54,493 bases of DNA from an uncultured Muribaculaceae bacterium (lineage in GTDB: Bacteria; Bacillota_I; Bacilli_A; RF39; UBA660), in NCBI GenBank assembly GCA_964549115.1, contig CAZJTX010000001.1, forward strand, positions 1 through 54,493. The letters run 5' to 3'. Position 1 is the stretch's first letter, and the number at the start of each line of letters is the position of its first letter. Position numbers and translations under genes: made by a program. Positions 18,316-30,730 of this stretch are shown here, one piece after another. Below the pieces are notes generated by a model that saw only the letters and a list, made by a program, of their open reading frames with translations, was not told the DNA's origin and did not search any database.

Positions 18316-19576
18316 TTTTGTCTCCTTTTAAAATAAATGTAGTGTTAAGAACTAATTTATTAACAGCTTTTATAATATCTTCTTTAGTAACTTTATCTAA
18401 CAACTTCATAGCTTCTTTAGCATCAACTAAACCAAATACTTTACTTGTTATATAATTAGATAATATTTTAACATTAGATTCATCAACACCTTCCAACCTT
18501 TTCTTTAAATTTGAAACAGAATTTTTAATATCCTCAACTTTAAAATCCCCTTTCTTAATTTTTTCCAATTCTTGAGTGATTAATTCTTCGGCTTTAGGTA
18601 TATTATTATAATCCAAAGAAGACGTTATCATAAATAAACCATCAAAAAGCATATAACTACTTCCGACATAATAACAAAGCGAATGTTTTTCTCTTACTTC
18701 TTTGTACAATTTAGAAGATAGCCCCGCTCCACTTAAAATATGATTTAAAACATTAAACACAACTTCTTTTTCAAATTTAGTAGGTTTGTTTACGTTATAA
18801 ATCATAGCTAAACCAGATTGAGTAAAAGGCATATTTTTTTCTTTTCTAATAGGTACTTTTTTTAATTTGTTTTCTATAAAAAAGTCTTTTTTAATTTCTG
18901 TAAATTTATAATCTATTTCTATTTCTTTAAAAATATTATGTATATCGTTAAAATTAATATCTCCAATTATTAATATATGCATTTCACTAGTTTTAATTAA
19001 GTCTTTATAATTATTATACAATTCTGAAGTAGTTACTTTATCTACATCTTGAATCGTTCCAAAAGGTTTTTTACTCGACAAACTATTTTCATCCATTGTT
19101 TCTAATGCATTAAAATGTAATTGATATCCTGGATTTTCTATTTCTTTACTTATCCTTCTTTTAACTGAATCTTTTATTATTTCCAAATCTTTTTTATTAA
19201 ATTTCTTGTTTTTAACATTTGGGTTATATAATATTTCAAATGGAAAAGTTAATACTTCTTTTAAGTATTCATCATCATTTATATATTTTGGCGATATAAA
19301 TGATGAATCTAAATTCATTTGATTTATTTTACCTAGGTTTAAAGAATAAGACATATTATTAGCGTTATATAAATCTTCTAGTTTAATAGCCAAGTCTCTT
19401 CTTGTTTTATATTTCTTGGTTGAAGATGTTAATAACTCTAAAACATATTTTTCTTGTATGTTATTATCTTTAGATGTTTTATTAATATACATTATACTCA
19501 TTAAACATTTCTTAGATAAATCTGTTTTAATTACATGCAGTTTAGCATAATCTAAATTATATACTTTAGTTTCCAT
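18302..19576 (-). CDS. M16 family peptidase-like protein lacking the HxxEH motif (probable non-catalytic partner)
   Basis: Same size and architecture, translationally coupled to the downstream M16 gene. The expected HxxEH position reads YVLELLTSS. Confidence 0.7.
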   Translation of the reverse strand: METKVYNLDYAKLHVIKTDLSKKCLMSIMYINKTSKDNNIQEKYVLELLTSSTKKYKTRRDLAIKLEDLYNANNMSYSLNLGKINQMNLDSSFISPKYINDDEYLKEVLTFPFEILYNPNVKNKKFNKKDLEIIKDSVKRRISKEIENPGYQLHFNALETMDENSLSSKKPFGTIQDVDKVTTSELYNNYKDLIKTSEMHILIIGDINFNDIHNIFKEIEIDYKFTEIKKDFFIENKLKKVPIRKEKNMPFTQSGLAMIYNVNKPTKFEKEVVFNVLNHILSGAGLSSKLYKEVREKHSLCYYVGSSYMLFDGLFMITSSLDYNNIPKAEELITQELEKIKKGDFKVEDIKNSVSNLKKRLEGVDESNVKILSNYITSKVFGLVDAKEAMKLLDKVTKEDIIKAVNKLVLNTTFILKGDKNGEN

Positions 19577-20687
19577 ATTGTTCCTTTACTTTGTTATATT
19601 CACTAATGAAAAATTCATCAGTCATACCCGCTATATAATCTATTACAATTCTAGCTGGAGTATTATTGTTATACTCTTCGGTCATATTTGATAAATATGA
19701 TGAATAAATATTTGATGTTTTATCTTTTTTATCTAACACTTCTAAATAATGATCAAATAAAACATTAAACATAGTTTCTATTTCTATTACTTCTTTATCT
19801 GTATAAGCTTTGTGATATATATTTTTATAATTAAATGTTTTTAAATCATTTATAGCTTTATATACATCATCACTTAACTTAATATAGTTTTTATTATAAC
19901 TATTCTTTAATATATCAGTAACAATAGTGTTTATTATGTCTTTATTGCGACTTCCTAGGACTTTTGTGATGTTTTCGGGTATATCTTCGATTTTTATTAA
20001 TCCCACTCTAATGCCGTCTTCTATATCTCTTCCTATGTATCCAATTAAATCACTTATTCGAACTACACAACCTTCTAAAGTTCCCGGTACTAAAAGATTA
20101 TTCTTTTCTTTATAACTTAATTCAAAATCTTTTAAAAATTCTTGCTCATCTTTTTCTTTTGGTTTATATATTGGATCTAATATTTCACCATTGTGACACA
20201 TAATAGCATCTAATACTTGGTAAGTTATATTTAATCCTCTACCAAATTTTTCTATTTCTTTTAAAACTCTTACACTATGAATATTATGTTTAAAATATCC
20301 TTCGTTATGTTTTAAACTAAGTTCATTTAAATGCACTTCTCCAACATGTCCAAATGGTACATGACCTAAATCATGTCCAAGGGCAGCAGCTTCTATTAAG
20401 TCTTCATTTAATTTTAATGCTCTTCCAATATTTCTTGCTATTTTACTAACGTATTGAACATGAATCATTCTTTTTGTTAAATGATCATGTTTTTGATATG
20501 TAAACACTTGGGTTTTATCAATATACCTAGTATATGCTAGAGAAAATAAAATTCTATCTATGTCTCTAAAAAACGCAGTTCGTATATCTTCATCATCCGG
20601 ATATAGTCTCTTAGCATCTTTATCCATAGTTGCAAATTCCATTAAATCCATATTTCTTTTATGGGTGTTTTCTTTAAAGTCTTTCAT
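19566..20687 (-). CDS. dGTP triphosphohydrolase-like HD-domain phosphohydrolase
   Basis: HD motif region AALGHDLGHVPFGH, IHVQYVS upstream of it, and a C-terminal DYIAGMTD motif typical of Dgt-like proteins. Confidence 0.8.
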   Translation of the reverse strand: MKDFKENTHKRNMDLMEFATMDKDAKRLYPDDEDIRTAFFRDIDRILFSLAYTRYIDKTQVFTYQKHDHLTKRMIHVQYVSKIARNIGRALKLNEDLIEAAALGHDLGHVPFGHVGEVHLNELSLKHNEGYFKHNIHSVRVLKEIEKFGRGLNITYQVLDAIMCHNGEILDPIYKPKEKDEQEFLKDFELSYKEKNNLLVPGTLEGCVVRISDLIGYIGRDIEDGIRVGLIKIEDIPENITKVLGSRNKDIINTIVTDILKNSYNKNYIKLSDDVYKAINDLKTFNYKNIYHKAYTDKEVIEIETMFNVLFDHYLEVLDKKDKTSNIYSSYLSNMTEEYNNNTPARIVIDYIAGMTDEFFISEYNKVKEQYGN

Positions 20688-20740
20688 AAGTCACCTCGGT
20701 AACCATTATTATATCAAAAAAAAAGAAGTTATAAACTTCT

Positions 20741-23700
20741 TTAATTATCTTCTAGTAATTGTTCTTCTAAAACCTCGCTTGCATCATCATCAAATAATGC
20801 GGTTTCAAGTTCAATTTCCATTTTTTTGTATTCTTTAGCTCCTGTTCCAGCAGGTATTAGTTTACCTATAATAACGTTTTCTTTTAGTCCTTTTAAGTAA
20901 TCTACTTTTCCTCTAGTTGCAGCATCTGTTAACACTCTAGTTGTTTCTTGGAACGATGCAGCAGATAATACCGAATCAGTTTCTAATGAAGATTTTGTAA
21001 TACCCAACATAATTGGATCACCCTTAGCTGGTGTTTTACCATCTAATAATGCTTTTTTATTTTCCTCATTATATCTTCTAGCTGAGATTGATAAACCTTT
21101 TACTAATGAAGTATCTCCTGAATCAGTAATTTTCATTTTACTAATCATTCTTTTAATAATAATTTCAATATGTTTATCATTAATATCTACACCTTGTAAT
21201 TTATATACATTTTGAATTTCTCTTAATATATATTCTTGAGCTTTAAGTGGGCTTGATACTGATAATAATTCTTTAGGTGATATTGCACCTTCAGTAATTC
21301 TATCTCCAGCTTCAATCTCGTCACCTTCACCAACAATTAATTTCATGTTAGCGTCAGTTTTTACTACTCCAACTTCAGCTTCTGTTTCTATGTGTACTTC
21401 ATATTTAGTTATGTCTTTATCAGAAATATCTTTAATTTCTTTTATTTTACCTGTATAAGGTGAAATTGTAGCTTTCCATGATGGTATTCTTGCTTCAAAT
21501 AATTCTTCAACTCTAGGTAAACCTTGAGTTATGTCATCTCCAGCAACACCACCTGTATGGAATGTTCTCATAGTTAATTGAGTACCTGGTTCACCAATTG
21601 ATTGAGCAGCCATAATACCTACAGCTTCACCAACTTCAACTAAGTTTCCAGTTGCTAAGTTAATACCATAACATTTTTGGCAAACACCATTTTCAGAATT
21701 ACATGTTAATGCACTTCTTATTTCTAGTTTCTTAATACCAACATTAATAATTCTATTAGCGACATTTTCAGTTATTAATTCGCCTTCTTTTAATATTACT
21801 TCTTTTGTCTCAGGATCAATTACTTTTTTATTTGTAAATCTACCTAATATTCTTTCAATAAATGGTTCAATTACAGTTCCATCTTTTTCATTTAATAGAT
21901 CATATACCATAACGCCTTTTATTGTTTTACAATCTTCTTCTCTAATTAATACATCTTGAGCAACATCAACTAATCTTCTAGTTAAATAACCTGAATCAGC
22001 TGTTTTAAGAGCTGTATCCGCAGTTCCTTTTCTAGATCCGTGTGTTGATAAGAAGAACTCAGAAACGGTTAATCCTTCCACAAATGATGAGGTTATTGGA
22101 ATTTCAACTATTTCACCATTCGGTTTAGCCATTAATCCTCTCATACCTGCAAGTTGTGTAAAGTTTGATATTTTACCTCTAGCTCCACTATTCATCATCA
22201 TAAATATTGGATTATCAAAATTATCAGTTGATATAGTTTTAAGCTCCGCTCTTACATCATCAGTTGCTTTACTCCAAACTTCTATAACTCTTGCATATCT
22301 TTCTTCTTCGGTCATTAAACCACGGTTATAATCTTTGTTTATTTTTTCAACTTTTTCTTTAGATTCTTTTATTATTTCTTCTTTTTTATCACTAACAACA
22401 ATATCAGTAATTGAGAATGTTACTCCAGCGATTGTTGAATATTTAAATCCTAAATCTTTTAATTTATCTAACATAATACTCGTCTCAGTAGTTTTATACC
22501 TTTTAAATACTTGAGCAATAATTTGTGATAAGTTATTTTGTAAAAACGGTTTTATTAATTCCATCTTACTAATTTCTTCTTTAATATTAGAACCCATTTC
22601 TAAGAAAAATTTATTAGGAGTAATTCCTTCGATATTTGCTTTTGTTGCTTCATTTATGTATGGGAATGTATCTGGTAATATTTCATTAAATATTACTTTA
22701 CCCACAGTTGTTACTAAATATTTCTCTTTTACATCTGCAGAGAATAATTTGTATTTAAATGAATTAACTGGTATAGCAATTCTAGAATGAAGGGCAATTT
22801 CTTTTCTTTCATATGCCATTAATGCTTCATTACTATTTTTAAATACTCTGCCCTCTCCTTTTGAGTCAGCTTTTTCCATTGTTAAATAACAATTTCCTAA
22901 CACCATATCTTGTGAAGGTGTTACAACTGGCTTACCATCTTTAGGATTTAAGATGTTATTTGCTCCCAACATTAATATTCTTGCTTCAGCTTTAGCTTCT
23001 TCTGATAAAGGAACGTGTACCGCCATTTGATCTCCGTCAAAGTCAGCGTTAAACGCATTACACACAAGTGGGTGTAATCTAATAGCTTTACCACCTATTA
23101 ATATAGGTTCGAATGCTTGAATACCTAAACGGTGTAATGTTGGAGCTCTGTTTAATAATACTGGGTATTCTGTAATTACCTCTTCAACAATATCCCAAAC
23201 AGATTCATCTCTTGCATCTATTAATTTTTTAGCCCCTTTAATATTATGAACTAATTCTTTTTTAACTAATCCATGTATAATGTGGGGTTTAAATAATTCA
23301 ATTGCCATTTCTTTAGGCAAACCACATTGATACATTTTTAACTCTGGACCTACAACAATAACGCTTCGACCAGAATAGTCTACTCTTTTACCTAATAAGT
23401 TTTGTCTAAATCTACCTTGTTTACCTTTTAACATGTGTGACAAACTTTTTAGTGGTCTGTTATTTGATGCAGTAATACTTCTTCCACGTCTTCCATTATC
23501 AAGTAATGAATCTACTGCTTCTTGAAGCATTCTTTTTTCGTTTTGAATTATAATACCAGGTGCATTTAATTCGATTAACTTTTTAAGTCTATTATTTCTG
23601 TTGATAATTCTTCTATATAAATCATTTAAATCACTTGTTGCAAATCTACCACCATCTAGTTGGATCATTGGACGTAATTCAGGAGGTATAACAGGTATAA

Positions 23701-24388
23701 TATCCAACACCATCCACTCAGGTCTTTGGTCTGAGTTTAAAAATGACATTAAACAATCTAGTCGTCTTATTAAACGAATTCTTTTTTGTCCCTTAGCATC
23801 TTCTAATTCTTCTTGTATTTCTTTGATTTCTCTTTTTAAATTAACGTCTGTTAATAATTCTTTAATAGCCTCAGCACCCATACCAACTCTAAATACATTT
23901 CCGTATTTTTCATAATACATTCTATATTCTTTATTTGATAATGTTTGCTTTTTCTCTAATGGAGTTTTTCCTGGGTCTACTACTACATAACTAACAAAAT
24001 ATAAAACTTCTTCTAGTTCTCTTGGTGACATATCTAAAACTAATCCAATTTTAGAAGGTATGCCTTTAAAAAACCAAATATGAGAACATGGAGCAGCTAA
24101 ATCTATATGCCCCATTCTTTCTCTTCTTACGCTAGATTTGGTTACTTCAACACCACATCTATCACAAACTACGTTTTTATATCTTAATCTTTTGTATTTA
24201 CCGCAACTACATTCAAAGTCTTTAGTAGGACCAAATATTTTTTCACAAAATAGTCCATCTTTTTCGGGTTTAAGAGTACGATAATTAATTGTTTCTGGCT
24301 TTGTTACTTCACCAAATGACCAACTTCTTATCTTCTCCGGACTGGCTATACCAATCCTTATTCCTTTAAAACTATTTACATCTAACAT
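20741..24388 (-). CDS. rpoC: DNA-directed RNA polymerase subunit beta prime
   Basis: Zinc finger CSCGKY...CDRCGVEV, catalytic [12 protein letters not shown], 1215 aa. Confidence 0.98.
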   Translation of the reverse strand: MLDVNSFKGIRIGIASPEKIRSWSFGEVTKPETINYRTLKPEKDGLFCEKIFGPTKDFECSCGKYKRLRYKNVVCDRCGVEVTKSSVRRERMGHIDLAAPCSHIWFFKGIPSKIGLVLDMSPRELEEVLYFVSYVVVDPGKTPLEKKQTLSNKEYRMYYEKYGNVFRVGMGAEAIKELLTDVNLKREIKEIQEELEDAKGQKRIRLIRRLDCLMSFLNSDQRPEWMVLDIIPVIPPELRPMIQLDGGRFATSDLNDLYRRIINRNNRLKKLIELNAPGIIIQNEKRMLQEAVDSLLDNGRRGRSITASNNRPLKSLSHMLKGKQGRFRQNLLGKRVDYSGRSVIVVGPELKMYQCGLPKEMAIELFKPHIIHGLVKKELVHNIKGAKKLIDARDESVWDIVEEVITEYPVLLNRAPTLHRLGIQAFEPILIGGKAIRLHPLVCNAFNADFDGDQMAVHVPLSEEAKAEARILMLGANNILNPKDGKPVVTPSQDMVLGNCYLTMEKADSKGEGRVFKNSNEALMAYERKEIALHSRIAIPVNSFKYKLFSADVKEKYLVTTVGKVIFNEILPDTFPYINEATKANIEGITPNKFFLEMGSNIKEEISKMELIKPFLQNNLSQIIAQVFKRYKTTETSIMLDKLKDLGFKYSTIAGVTFSITDIVVSDKKEEIIKESKEKVEKINKDYNRGLMTEEERYARVIEVWSKATDDVRAELKTISTDNFDNPIFMMMNSGARGKISNFTQLAGMRGLMAKPNGEIVEIPITSSFVEGLTVSEFFLSTHGSRKGTADTALKTADSGYLTRRLVDVAQDVLIREEDCKTIKGVMVYDLLNEKDGTVIEPFIERILGRFTNKKVIDPETKEVILKEGELITENVANRIINVGIKKLEIRSALTCNSENGVCQKCYGINLATGNLVEVGEAVGIMAAQSIGEPGTQLTMRTFHTGGVAGDDITQGLPRVEELFEARIPSWKATISPYTGKIKEIKDISDKDITKYEVHIETEAEVGVVKTDANMKLIVGEGDEIEAGDRITEGAISPKELLSVSSPLKAQEYILREIQNVYKLQGVDINDKHIEIIIKRMISKMKITDSGDTSLVKGLSISARRYNEENKKALLDGKTPAKGDPIMLGITKSSLETDSVLSAASFQETTRVLTDAATRGKVDYLKGLKENVIIGKLIPAGTGAKEYKKMEIELETALFDDDASEVLEEQLLEDN

Positions 24389-24396
24389 TTAGCCAC

Positions 24397-27300
24397 CTAC
24401 TCCCCATCTTCCTTTTTCTCTTTAGTAATTTCTTCAATTACTATCCTTGGTTCTGAGTTACTTAATTCAACTTCTCTGAATTCTAAGAACTTATCATTTT
24501 GATCTAATATTTGAACATCTAATCCAAGTGCTTGGAATTCTTTTACTAATACTCTAAAGCTCTCAGGTACTCCTGCTTGATTTACAAGTTTTCCCTTTAC
24601 TAAAGCTTCATATACTTTTACACGACCAACTATATCATCTGATTTAACAGTTAATACTTCTTGTAAAACATTAGCCGCTCCGTATGCATAAAGTGCCCAA
24701 ACTTCCATTTCTCCAAATCTTTGTCCACCGAATTGAGCTTTACCTCCTAGTGGTTGTTGAGTAACAAGTGAGTATGGACCCGTAGCTCTGGCGTGAAGTT
24801 TATCATCAACCATATGATGAAGTTTTAACATATACATAACTCCAACACTTACTCTATTATCAAATGGTTCTCCTGTTCTACCATCATATAAAACAACTTT
24901 ACCATCTTCGTCCATTTTTGCCGATTTCATTTCTTCTAAAATATCATCCCAGTTTGCTGAGTCAAATACTGGTGATGCATAATGAACACCTTGAATTTTA
25001 CCAGCCATACCTAAGTGAGATTCTAAAATTTGACCTATATTCATTCTTGATGGTACTCCTAATGGATTTAATAATATATCTACTGGTGTTCCATCTTCTA
25101 AATAAGGCATGTCTTCTTCTGGTAATATTAAAGATATAACTCCTTTATTACCATGTCTACCAGACATTTTATCTCCAACTTGGATTTTTCTTTTTTGTAC
25201 TATATATACTCTAACTATTTTTGATACACCTGGTGATAATTCATCGCTGTTTTCTTTTGTATAAACTTTAACATCATGAATAATACCTGCTGCACCGTTA
25301 TCTACACGTAGTGATGTATCTCTTACTTCTCTGGCTTTTTCACCAAAAATAGCATGTAGTAATTTTTCTTCACTAGTTAATTCTTGTACACCTTTAGGAG
25401 TTACTTTACCTACTAAAATATCTCCTTCTCTTACTTCTGTACCTATTCTTATAATACCTTCTGAATCCAGATTCTTTCTTGCTTCCTCACCAACGTTTGG
25501 AATATCTCTAGTAATTTCTTCAGGTCCTAGTTTTGTTTCTCTACACTCAATATCATAATGAGCTATATGTAGTGATGTATAAACATCATCTTTTACTAAT
25601 CTCTCACTAATAATAATCGCATCTTCATAGTTATAACCATCAAAAGTCATAAAACCAATTACCATATTTTTACCTATAGCAAGTTCTCCTTGATCTATAG
25701 ATGGTCCATCAGCTATAACTTGTCCAGCTTTAACTTTATCACCTTTTTGTACTAAAGGTTTGTGATTGATACAACTCTCATCATTACTTCTTTCAAAGTT
25801 TGATAAGTAATATGTGTCTTTTCCTTTAGCGGTTTTAATAATCATTTTTAAACTATCAGCATATTCAACTTCACCAGCACCCTTAGCAATAATACAACTA
25901 CCTGAATCTCTTGCTGCAATATATTCAACACCAGTTCCCACAATTGGAGCTTCTGGTATTAATAAAGGAACTGCTTGACGCTGCATATTTGCACCCATCA
26001 ATGTTCTATTAGCATCGTCAAATTCTAAGAACGGGATACAACTTGTTGTAACCGATACAATTTGACTTGGTGCAACGTCTATAAAATCTACTGTGTCTTT
26101 TGAAACTATAACATTGTCAGCATTTAATCTAACAATAACTTCATCATCTACTATTTCATTTTTATCATTTATATTTATAGTTGCTTGTGAAATATGATAA
26201 TCTGCTTCTTCATCAGCAGTCATATATACTATCTTATTAGTAATTTTACCTTTTTCAACTTTTGCATATGGTGTCATTATAAAACCATATTCATTAATCT
26301 TTGCATAACTTGCAAGAGATGTTATAAGCCCAATATTTTGACCTTCAGGTGATTCAATAGGACATATTCTTCCATAATGAGATACGTTAACGTCACGAAC
26401 TTCCATTCCTGCTCTTTCTCTTGTTAACCCACCAGGCCCTAAACTTGATAATCTTCTCTTATCTGTTAATTCTGCTATTGGATTTATTTGATCCATAAAC
26501 TTAGATAATTGACTTGATCCAAAGAATTCTTTTAATGATGCTGTAACAGGTCTTATATTAATTAATGATTTTGGAGTAACTGTCTCAATTTCTTGAGTAG
26601 TCATTCTTTCTCTAATAACTCTTTCCATTCTAGAGACTCCAACTCTAAATTGAGTCGAAATTAACTCGCCTACTTGACGCACTCTTCTATTTCCTAGATG
26701 ATCCACTTCATCAAAATGACCTATACCCATATGTAAACCAATATAATATGAAACAATTGAATATAAATCCGGAATTGTCAATCTTCTTACGTCTACGCTT
26801 TGGTCATTACCTATTAATGTAACTACTTCTTTAGGATTCTCAGGATTAAAAACCTTGACAGTTTGAATTGAGTCATATGTGTCTAATTCTTCATTAATCA
26901 TAGTTTTAGAAATGTTAAATCCTTTTTCAAAAGCTACCTTAATGTCTTCTAATACTTTTTTGTCAACTAAAGTTCCTTTTTTAGCATATACTTTATCTTT
27001 AATTTTAATATCTTCAGCCAAAGTTAAACCTAGTAATCTGTTTACTATGTATAATTTCTTATTAAATTTATAACGGCCTACTTTTGCTAAGTCATATCTA
27101 AATCTATCAAAGAATCTTGTTACTAATTGATTCTTAGCACTTTCTAAAGTAGCAGGTTCTCCTGGTCTTAATTTTTCATAAATTTCTATTAAAGCTTCTT
27201 CACTAGTTGTTGATGAATCTTTTTCTAATGTATCAACAATATAATCATTATCACCAAAAACTTTAATGATATCTTCATTACTTGATAAACCCATAGCTCT

Positions 27301-27903
27301 TAATAATGTTGTAATAGTTGTTTTTCTAGTTCTATCAATTCTTACATACATAACATTTCTTAATCTACCATCAGTTTCTAACTCTAGCCAAGTTCCTTTA
27401 TTAGGTATAACTTCCGCAGTTAACATTCTTTTAGTTTTATCATATGTTTCTTTACAATAAATAGAAGGACTTCTAACTAGTTGAGAAACTATAACACGTT
27501 CCACACCATTTATTATAAAGGTTCCCGAATCTGTCATTAAAGGCATATCACCTAAAAAAATGGTTTGTTCTTTAACTTCACCAGTTTCGTGTATAAATAA
27601 TCGAGCCTCAACCTTTAAAGGAGTCGAGTATGTAACCATTCTCTCTTTTGATTCTTTAACAGTATATTTTGGTTCGTCGAAGAAATAATCTCCAAACTCT
27701 AACGAAATATTTCCCGTAAAACTTTCTACTGGGAATAATTCATCAAAAATCTCCCTAATTCCTTTGTCTAAAAAATCTTGATAAGATTTCTTTTGGATCT
27801 CCAAAAGGTCTAATACTTCTAACGATTTCTTTGTTTTTGAGAAGTTTCTCCTTCTACGATAATCTCCAAATTTTTCTGTTTTATAAGCCACATTACCACC
27901 CAA
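24397..27903 (-). CDS. rpoB: DNA-directed RNA polymerase subunit beta
   Basis: Full-length RpoB motifs (GSSQLSQFMDQ-like [28 protein letters not shown]). The true start may be the GTG at 27891, preceded by GGTGG, rather than the TTG at 27903. Confidence 0.98.
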   Translation of the reverse strand: MGGNVAYKTEKFGDYRRRRNFSKTKKSLEVLDLLEIQKKSYQDFLDKGIREIFDELFPVESFTGNISLEFGDYFFDEPKYTVKESKERMVTYSTPLKVEARLFIHETGEVKEQTIFLGDMPLMTDSGTFIINGVERVIVSQLVRSPSIYCKETYDKTKRMLTAEVIPNKGTWLELETDGRLRNVMYVRIDRTRKTTITTLLRAMGLSSNEDIIKVFGDNDYIVDTLEKDSSTTSEEALIEIYEKLRPGEPATLESAKNQLVTRFFDRFRYDLAKVGRYKFNKKLYIVNRLLGLTLAEDIKIKDKVYAKKGTLVDKKVLEDIKVAFEKGFNISKTMINEELDTYDSIQTVKVFNPENPKEVVTLIGNDQSVDVRRLTIPDLYSIVSYYIGLHMGIGHFDEVDHLGNRRVRQVGELISTQFRVGVSRMERVIRERMTTQEIETVTPKSLINIRPVTASLKEFFGSSQLSKFMDQINPIAELTDKRRLSSLGPGGLTRERAGMEVRDVNVSHYGRICPIESPEGQNIGLITSLASYAKINEYGFIMTPYAKVEKGKITNKIVYMTADEEADYHISQATININDKNEIVDDEVIVRLNADNVIVSKDTVDFIDVAPSQIVSVTTSCIPFLEFDDANRTLMGANMQRQAVPLLIPEAPIVGTGVEYIAARDSGSCIIAKGAGEVEYADSLKMIIKTAKGKDTYYLSNFERSNDESCINHKPLVQKGDKVKAGQVIADGPSIDQGELAIGKNMVIGFMTFDGYNYEDAIIISERLVKDDVYTSLHIAHYDIECRETKLGPEEITRDIPNVGEEARKNLDSEGIIRIGTEVREGDILVGKVTPKGVQELTSEEKLLHAIFGEKAREVRDTSLRVDNGAAGIIHDVKVYTKENSDELSPGVSKIVRVYIVQKRKIQVGDKMSGRHGNKGVISLILPEEDMPYLEDGTPVDILLNPLGVPSRMNIGQILESHLGMAGKIQGVHYASPVFDSANWDDILEEMKSAKMDEDGKVVLYDGRTGEPFDNRVSVGVMYMLKLHHMVDDKLHARATGPYSLVTQQPLGGKAQFGGQRFGEMEVWALYAYGAANVLQEVLTVKSDDIVGRVKVYEALVKGKLVNQAGVPESFRVLVKEFQALGLDVQILDQNDKFLEFREVELSNSEPRIVIEEITKEKKEDGE

Positions 27904-27972
27904 CCTATTTCTAAGCTTAATGCTTGTTTAAAAAAACAAGTTACCAATTTATAATTTTAGCAAAAATGTCCA

Positions 27973-28572
27973 TTAGTTGTCAATCATTTTAGCACAATAT
28001 ACATAAAAACCTTTGCTTTTTTTAAGATTTTTAACTATATATGTAGTTTCTAAATTTTTTACTATACTTTTTGCCCCTGCATCTTTTCTAATAACGAACC
28101 ATAATTCGCCATTTTGATTTAAATGTTTTTTGGCGTTTTCTAATATTTCCAACACTATTTTTTTACCAGCTCTTATTGGAGGGTTACTAACAATTAAATC
28201 ATATTTATTTTCTATATTATTATAAGCATGACTTTCAATAACTAATCCTTCTAATTTATTTTTCTTTAAATTCATCTTAGTTAAATGAAGTGCTCTTTTA
28301 TTTACATCACTAAATGTAGTATTAGCATTTAACATCTTTGTTAAAACTATACCTATAAATCCATATCCTGATCCAACATCTAATATTGTTTTGTAATTAC
28401 CATTTCCTTCTTTTAAAATAACTTCAGTTAAAAAGGCGCTTCCATAGTCTATTTTATCTTTAGAAAATACGCCCAAATCAGTAAAAAAAGAAAATTCAAT
28501 ATCATTAAAACTATATTTAATTTCTTTTATTTTACTTTCTAAATTGTTATTATTTATAAAATATTGATTCAA
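27973..28572 (-). CDS. Class I SAM-dependent methyltransferase, YbxB/RsmC-like
   Basis: SAM motif ILDVGSGYGFIG and NPPIRAGK motif. Its position directly upstream of rpoB matches the ybxB-rpoB synteny of Bacillus. TTG start. Confidence 0.8.
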   Translation of the reverse strand: MNQYFINNNNLESKIKEIKYSFNDIEFSFFTDLGVFSKDKIDYGSAFLTEVILKEGNGNYKTILDVGSGYGFIGIVLTKMLNANTTFSDVNKRALHLTKMNLKKNKLEGLVIESHAYNNIENKYDLIVSNPPIRAGKKIVLEILENAKKHLNQNGELWFVIRKDAGAKSIVKNLETTYIVKNLKKSKGFYVYCAKMIDN

Positions 28573-28666
28573 ATACTAATCCCCTTTAAAAACTTATTGG
28601 TATTATAACACAAAGGTTACATAATATCTACTACAAACGCGTTTTTCTTCTATTTTAAAATTGAGT

Positions 28667-28694
28667 AAAACTTGACTAAGTTAGTCAAGTTTTT
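28667..28694 (-). terminator. Hairpin terminator downstream of tsf
   Basis: Perfect palindrome AAAACTTGACTAAGTTAGTCAAGTTTT. Confidence 0.55.
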
Positions 28695-28715
28695 AACAAT
28701 TTATATTTTAAAGTC

Positions 28716-29591
28716 CTACTCACCCATTTGAGCTTTAACTTCTTCTAAGAAGTTTTCTTCTTTTTTCTCAATACCTTCTCCAACTTCATAACGAATTCCT
28801 TCTAATAAAGTTGAGTCATTATTTTTTAGATATGTTCCAACAGTTACACTATCATCTTTTACGAAAGCTTGTTCTACTAAACAATTATCTTTGTAAAATC
28901 TGTTGATTTTACCTGCAACCATTTTTTCGGCTATGTCTGCTGGTTTACCTTCATCCATTGCTTGTTTTTTTAATAGTTCTTTTTCTTCATTAATAACTTC
29001 TTCAGATACATCTTCTTTAAATAAATATTCTGGTTTCATAGCCGCATAATGCATTGCGACATCTTTAGCCACTTCTTCATCTGACCCTTTTACTTTAATT
29101 AAAACTGCGATGTTTCCGCCCATATGGATATAAGTTCCAAATACTTCATCGTCTTGTTTTTCTAATAAAGTAAATCTTCTAAATGCTATTTTTTCACCGA
29201 TTTTAGCAGTTTTTTCGACTACATAATCGTTTAAAGTATCTTTATCAACTTTTAATTCTAAAGCTTCTTCCATTGTTTTTACTTTATTTTCTAAAATAGT
29301 TTCTCCTATAGTATTTACCATTTCTATAAACTCTTCATTTTTACTTACAAAGTCAGTTTCACTATTTACTTCTAATATTACTGCAAAATTATCTTTTACT
29401 AATACATTAGCTAATCCTTCCGCAGCAATTTTACCTTCTCTTTTTACAGATTTAGCTATTCCTTTTTCTCTTAGGTATTTAATAGCCTCTTCCATATTTC
29501 CCTTTGTTTCTTGTAGTGCAGCTTTACAATCCATCATACCTGCACCAGTTATTTCTCGAAGTTCTTTAACCATACTTGCTGTGATTTCCAT
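28716..29591 (-). CDS. tsf: Elongation factor Ts
   Basis: MEITASMVKELREITGAGMMDCKAAL UBA-like N-terminus; 291 aa; rpsB-tsf synteny. Confidence 0.96.
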   Translation of the reverse strand: MEITASMVKELREITGAGMMDCKAALQETKGNMEEAIKYLREKGIAKSVKREGKIAAEGLANVLVKDNFAVILEVNSETDFVSKNEEFIEMVNTIGETILENKVKTMEEALELKVDKDTLNDYVVEKTAKIGEKIAFRRFTLLEKQDDEVFGTYIHMGGNIAVLIKVKGSDEEVAKDVAMHYAAMKPEYLFKEDVSEEVINEEKELLKKQAMDEGKPADIAEKMVAGKINRFYKDNCLVEQAFVKDDSVTVGTYLKNNDSTLLEGIRYEVGEGIEKKEENFLEEVKAQMGE

Positions 29592-29592
29592 A

Positions 29593-30591
29593 CTATCCCT
29601 CCTTTTGTATTAATTTAATCAAATCTGCTTTTTTAAGCGATGAGTAACCTGTTAAGTTTTTAGATTTTGCTATTGCTCTTAATTCAACTAAAGTTTTTTC
29701 ATTTAAATCTTCTTTAGGTTCTTCTTTTACGACTTCTTTAGTAGGTTCTTTTGATTCCTCTTTTTTAGATTCTTTCTTTTCTTCTTTTGGTTCAACTTTT
29801 TCTTCTGTTTTTTCTTCAACTTTTTCTGCTGGTTTAGGTTCTTTCTTTTCTGTTACTTTTTCTTCTTTTACTGGTTGTTTATCCTCTTCTTTAATATACT
29901 CAACCATTTCTAATCCAGTTCCTTCACAAATAGCATTGTTTAAAACACCAAATATAATTTTAATTGACTTTACTGCATCATCATTACCTGGTATCACAAA
30001 ATCCAAAACATCAGGATCGCCATTTGTGTCTATTAAACCAAATACTGGAATTTTAAGTTTTTTCGCTTCTCTAATAGCGTTATATTCTTTTATAGGATCT
30101 ACTAATATAATTGCTTGAGGTAATTTGTCCATTCCTCTTATACCGCTTAAAACCCTATTTAACTTATCATATTCTTTCTTAATTTTAACAACTTCTTTTT
30201 TAGGTAATTTATCAAAATCACCATTTTTTTCCATTATTTCAATTTCGTCAAGTCTTTTCGCTCTATTTCTAATTGTTCTAAAATTAGTTAAAGTTCCACC
30301 TAACCATCTTTCAGTAACATAAAACGACTCACTTCTTGTTGCTTCTTCTTTTGCTGCTTCCTGAGCTTGCTTCTTAGTTCCTACAAACAATACTTTTCCA
30401 CCATTTTCAGAAATAGTTTTAAGTTCATTGTAAGCAACTTTAAGTAGCTCTGATGTTTTTTCTAAATCGATAATATAAATATCTTCTCTAGCTCCAAAAA
30501 TATAATCTTTCATTTTTGGATTCCATCTTTTTGTTTGGTGACCAAAATGTACACCTGCTTCTAATAAATAACTCATTGATACTACGGCCAT
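29593..30591 (-). CDS. rpsB: 30S ribosomal protein S2 with a C-terminal extension of about 90 aa
   Basis: I chose the start [27 protein letters not shown] (AGGAGG 9 nt upstream), not the TTG at 30600. The S2 core is followed by a Lys/Glu/Pro-rich tract and a terminal [28 protein letters not shown] motif. Confidence 0.95.
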   Translation of the reverse strand: MAVVSMSYLLEAGVHFGHQTKRWNPKMKDYIFGAREDIYIIDLEKTSELLKVAYNELKTISENGGKVLFVGTKKQAQEAAKEEATRSESFYVTERWLGGTLTNFRTIRNRAKRLDEIEIMEKNGDFDKLPKKEVVKIKKEYDKLNRVLSGIRGMDKLPQAIILVDPIKEYNAIREAKKLKIPVFGLIDTNGDPDVLDFVIPGNDDAVKSIKIIFGVLNNAICEGTGLEMVEYIKEEDKQPVKEEKVTEKKEPKPAEKVEEKTEEKVEPKEEKKESKKEESKEPTKEVVKEEPKEDLNEKTLVELRAIAKSKNLTGYSSLKKADLIKLIQKEG

Positions 30592-30730
30592 AAATAACAA
30601 CCTCCTTCGTTTTTTTCTTCTTAATACATCAACTTACAATCTCACCTAATTTAGGCACTAGAGATTATAATCCATATTAATGCTTATTTGCATTTACTGC
30701 CAATATGTATTTTAGCATAAGTATCTATAT

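Noticed and set aside
23601-23915. Antisense ORFs inside rpoC/rpoB and other core genes (for example 23601..23915, 24864..25139, 26879..27073, 27266..27460, 35297..35542, 35772..36002, 49939..50370, 53935..54213)
   Set aside because: All lie within strongly supported housekeeping genes on the other strand and show no independent start signals.
29680-29900. Repetitive AAG/GAA-rich DNA considered as a tandem repeat or VNTR
   Set aside because: I could not define an exact repeat unit. It is in frame and is explained as the low-complexity Lys/Glu tail of S2.
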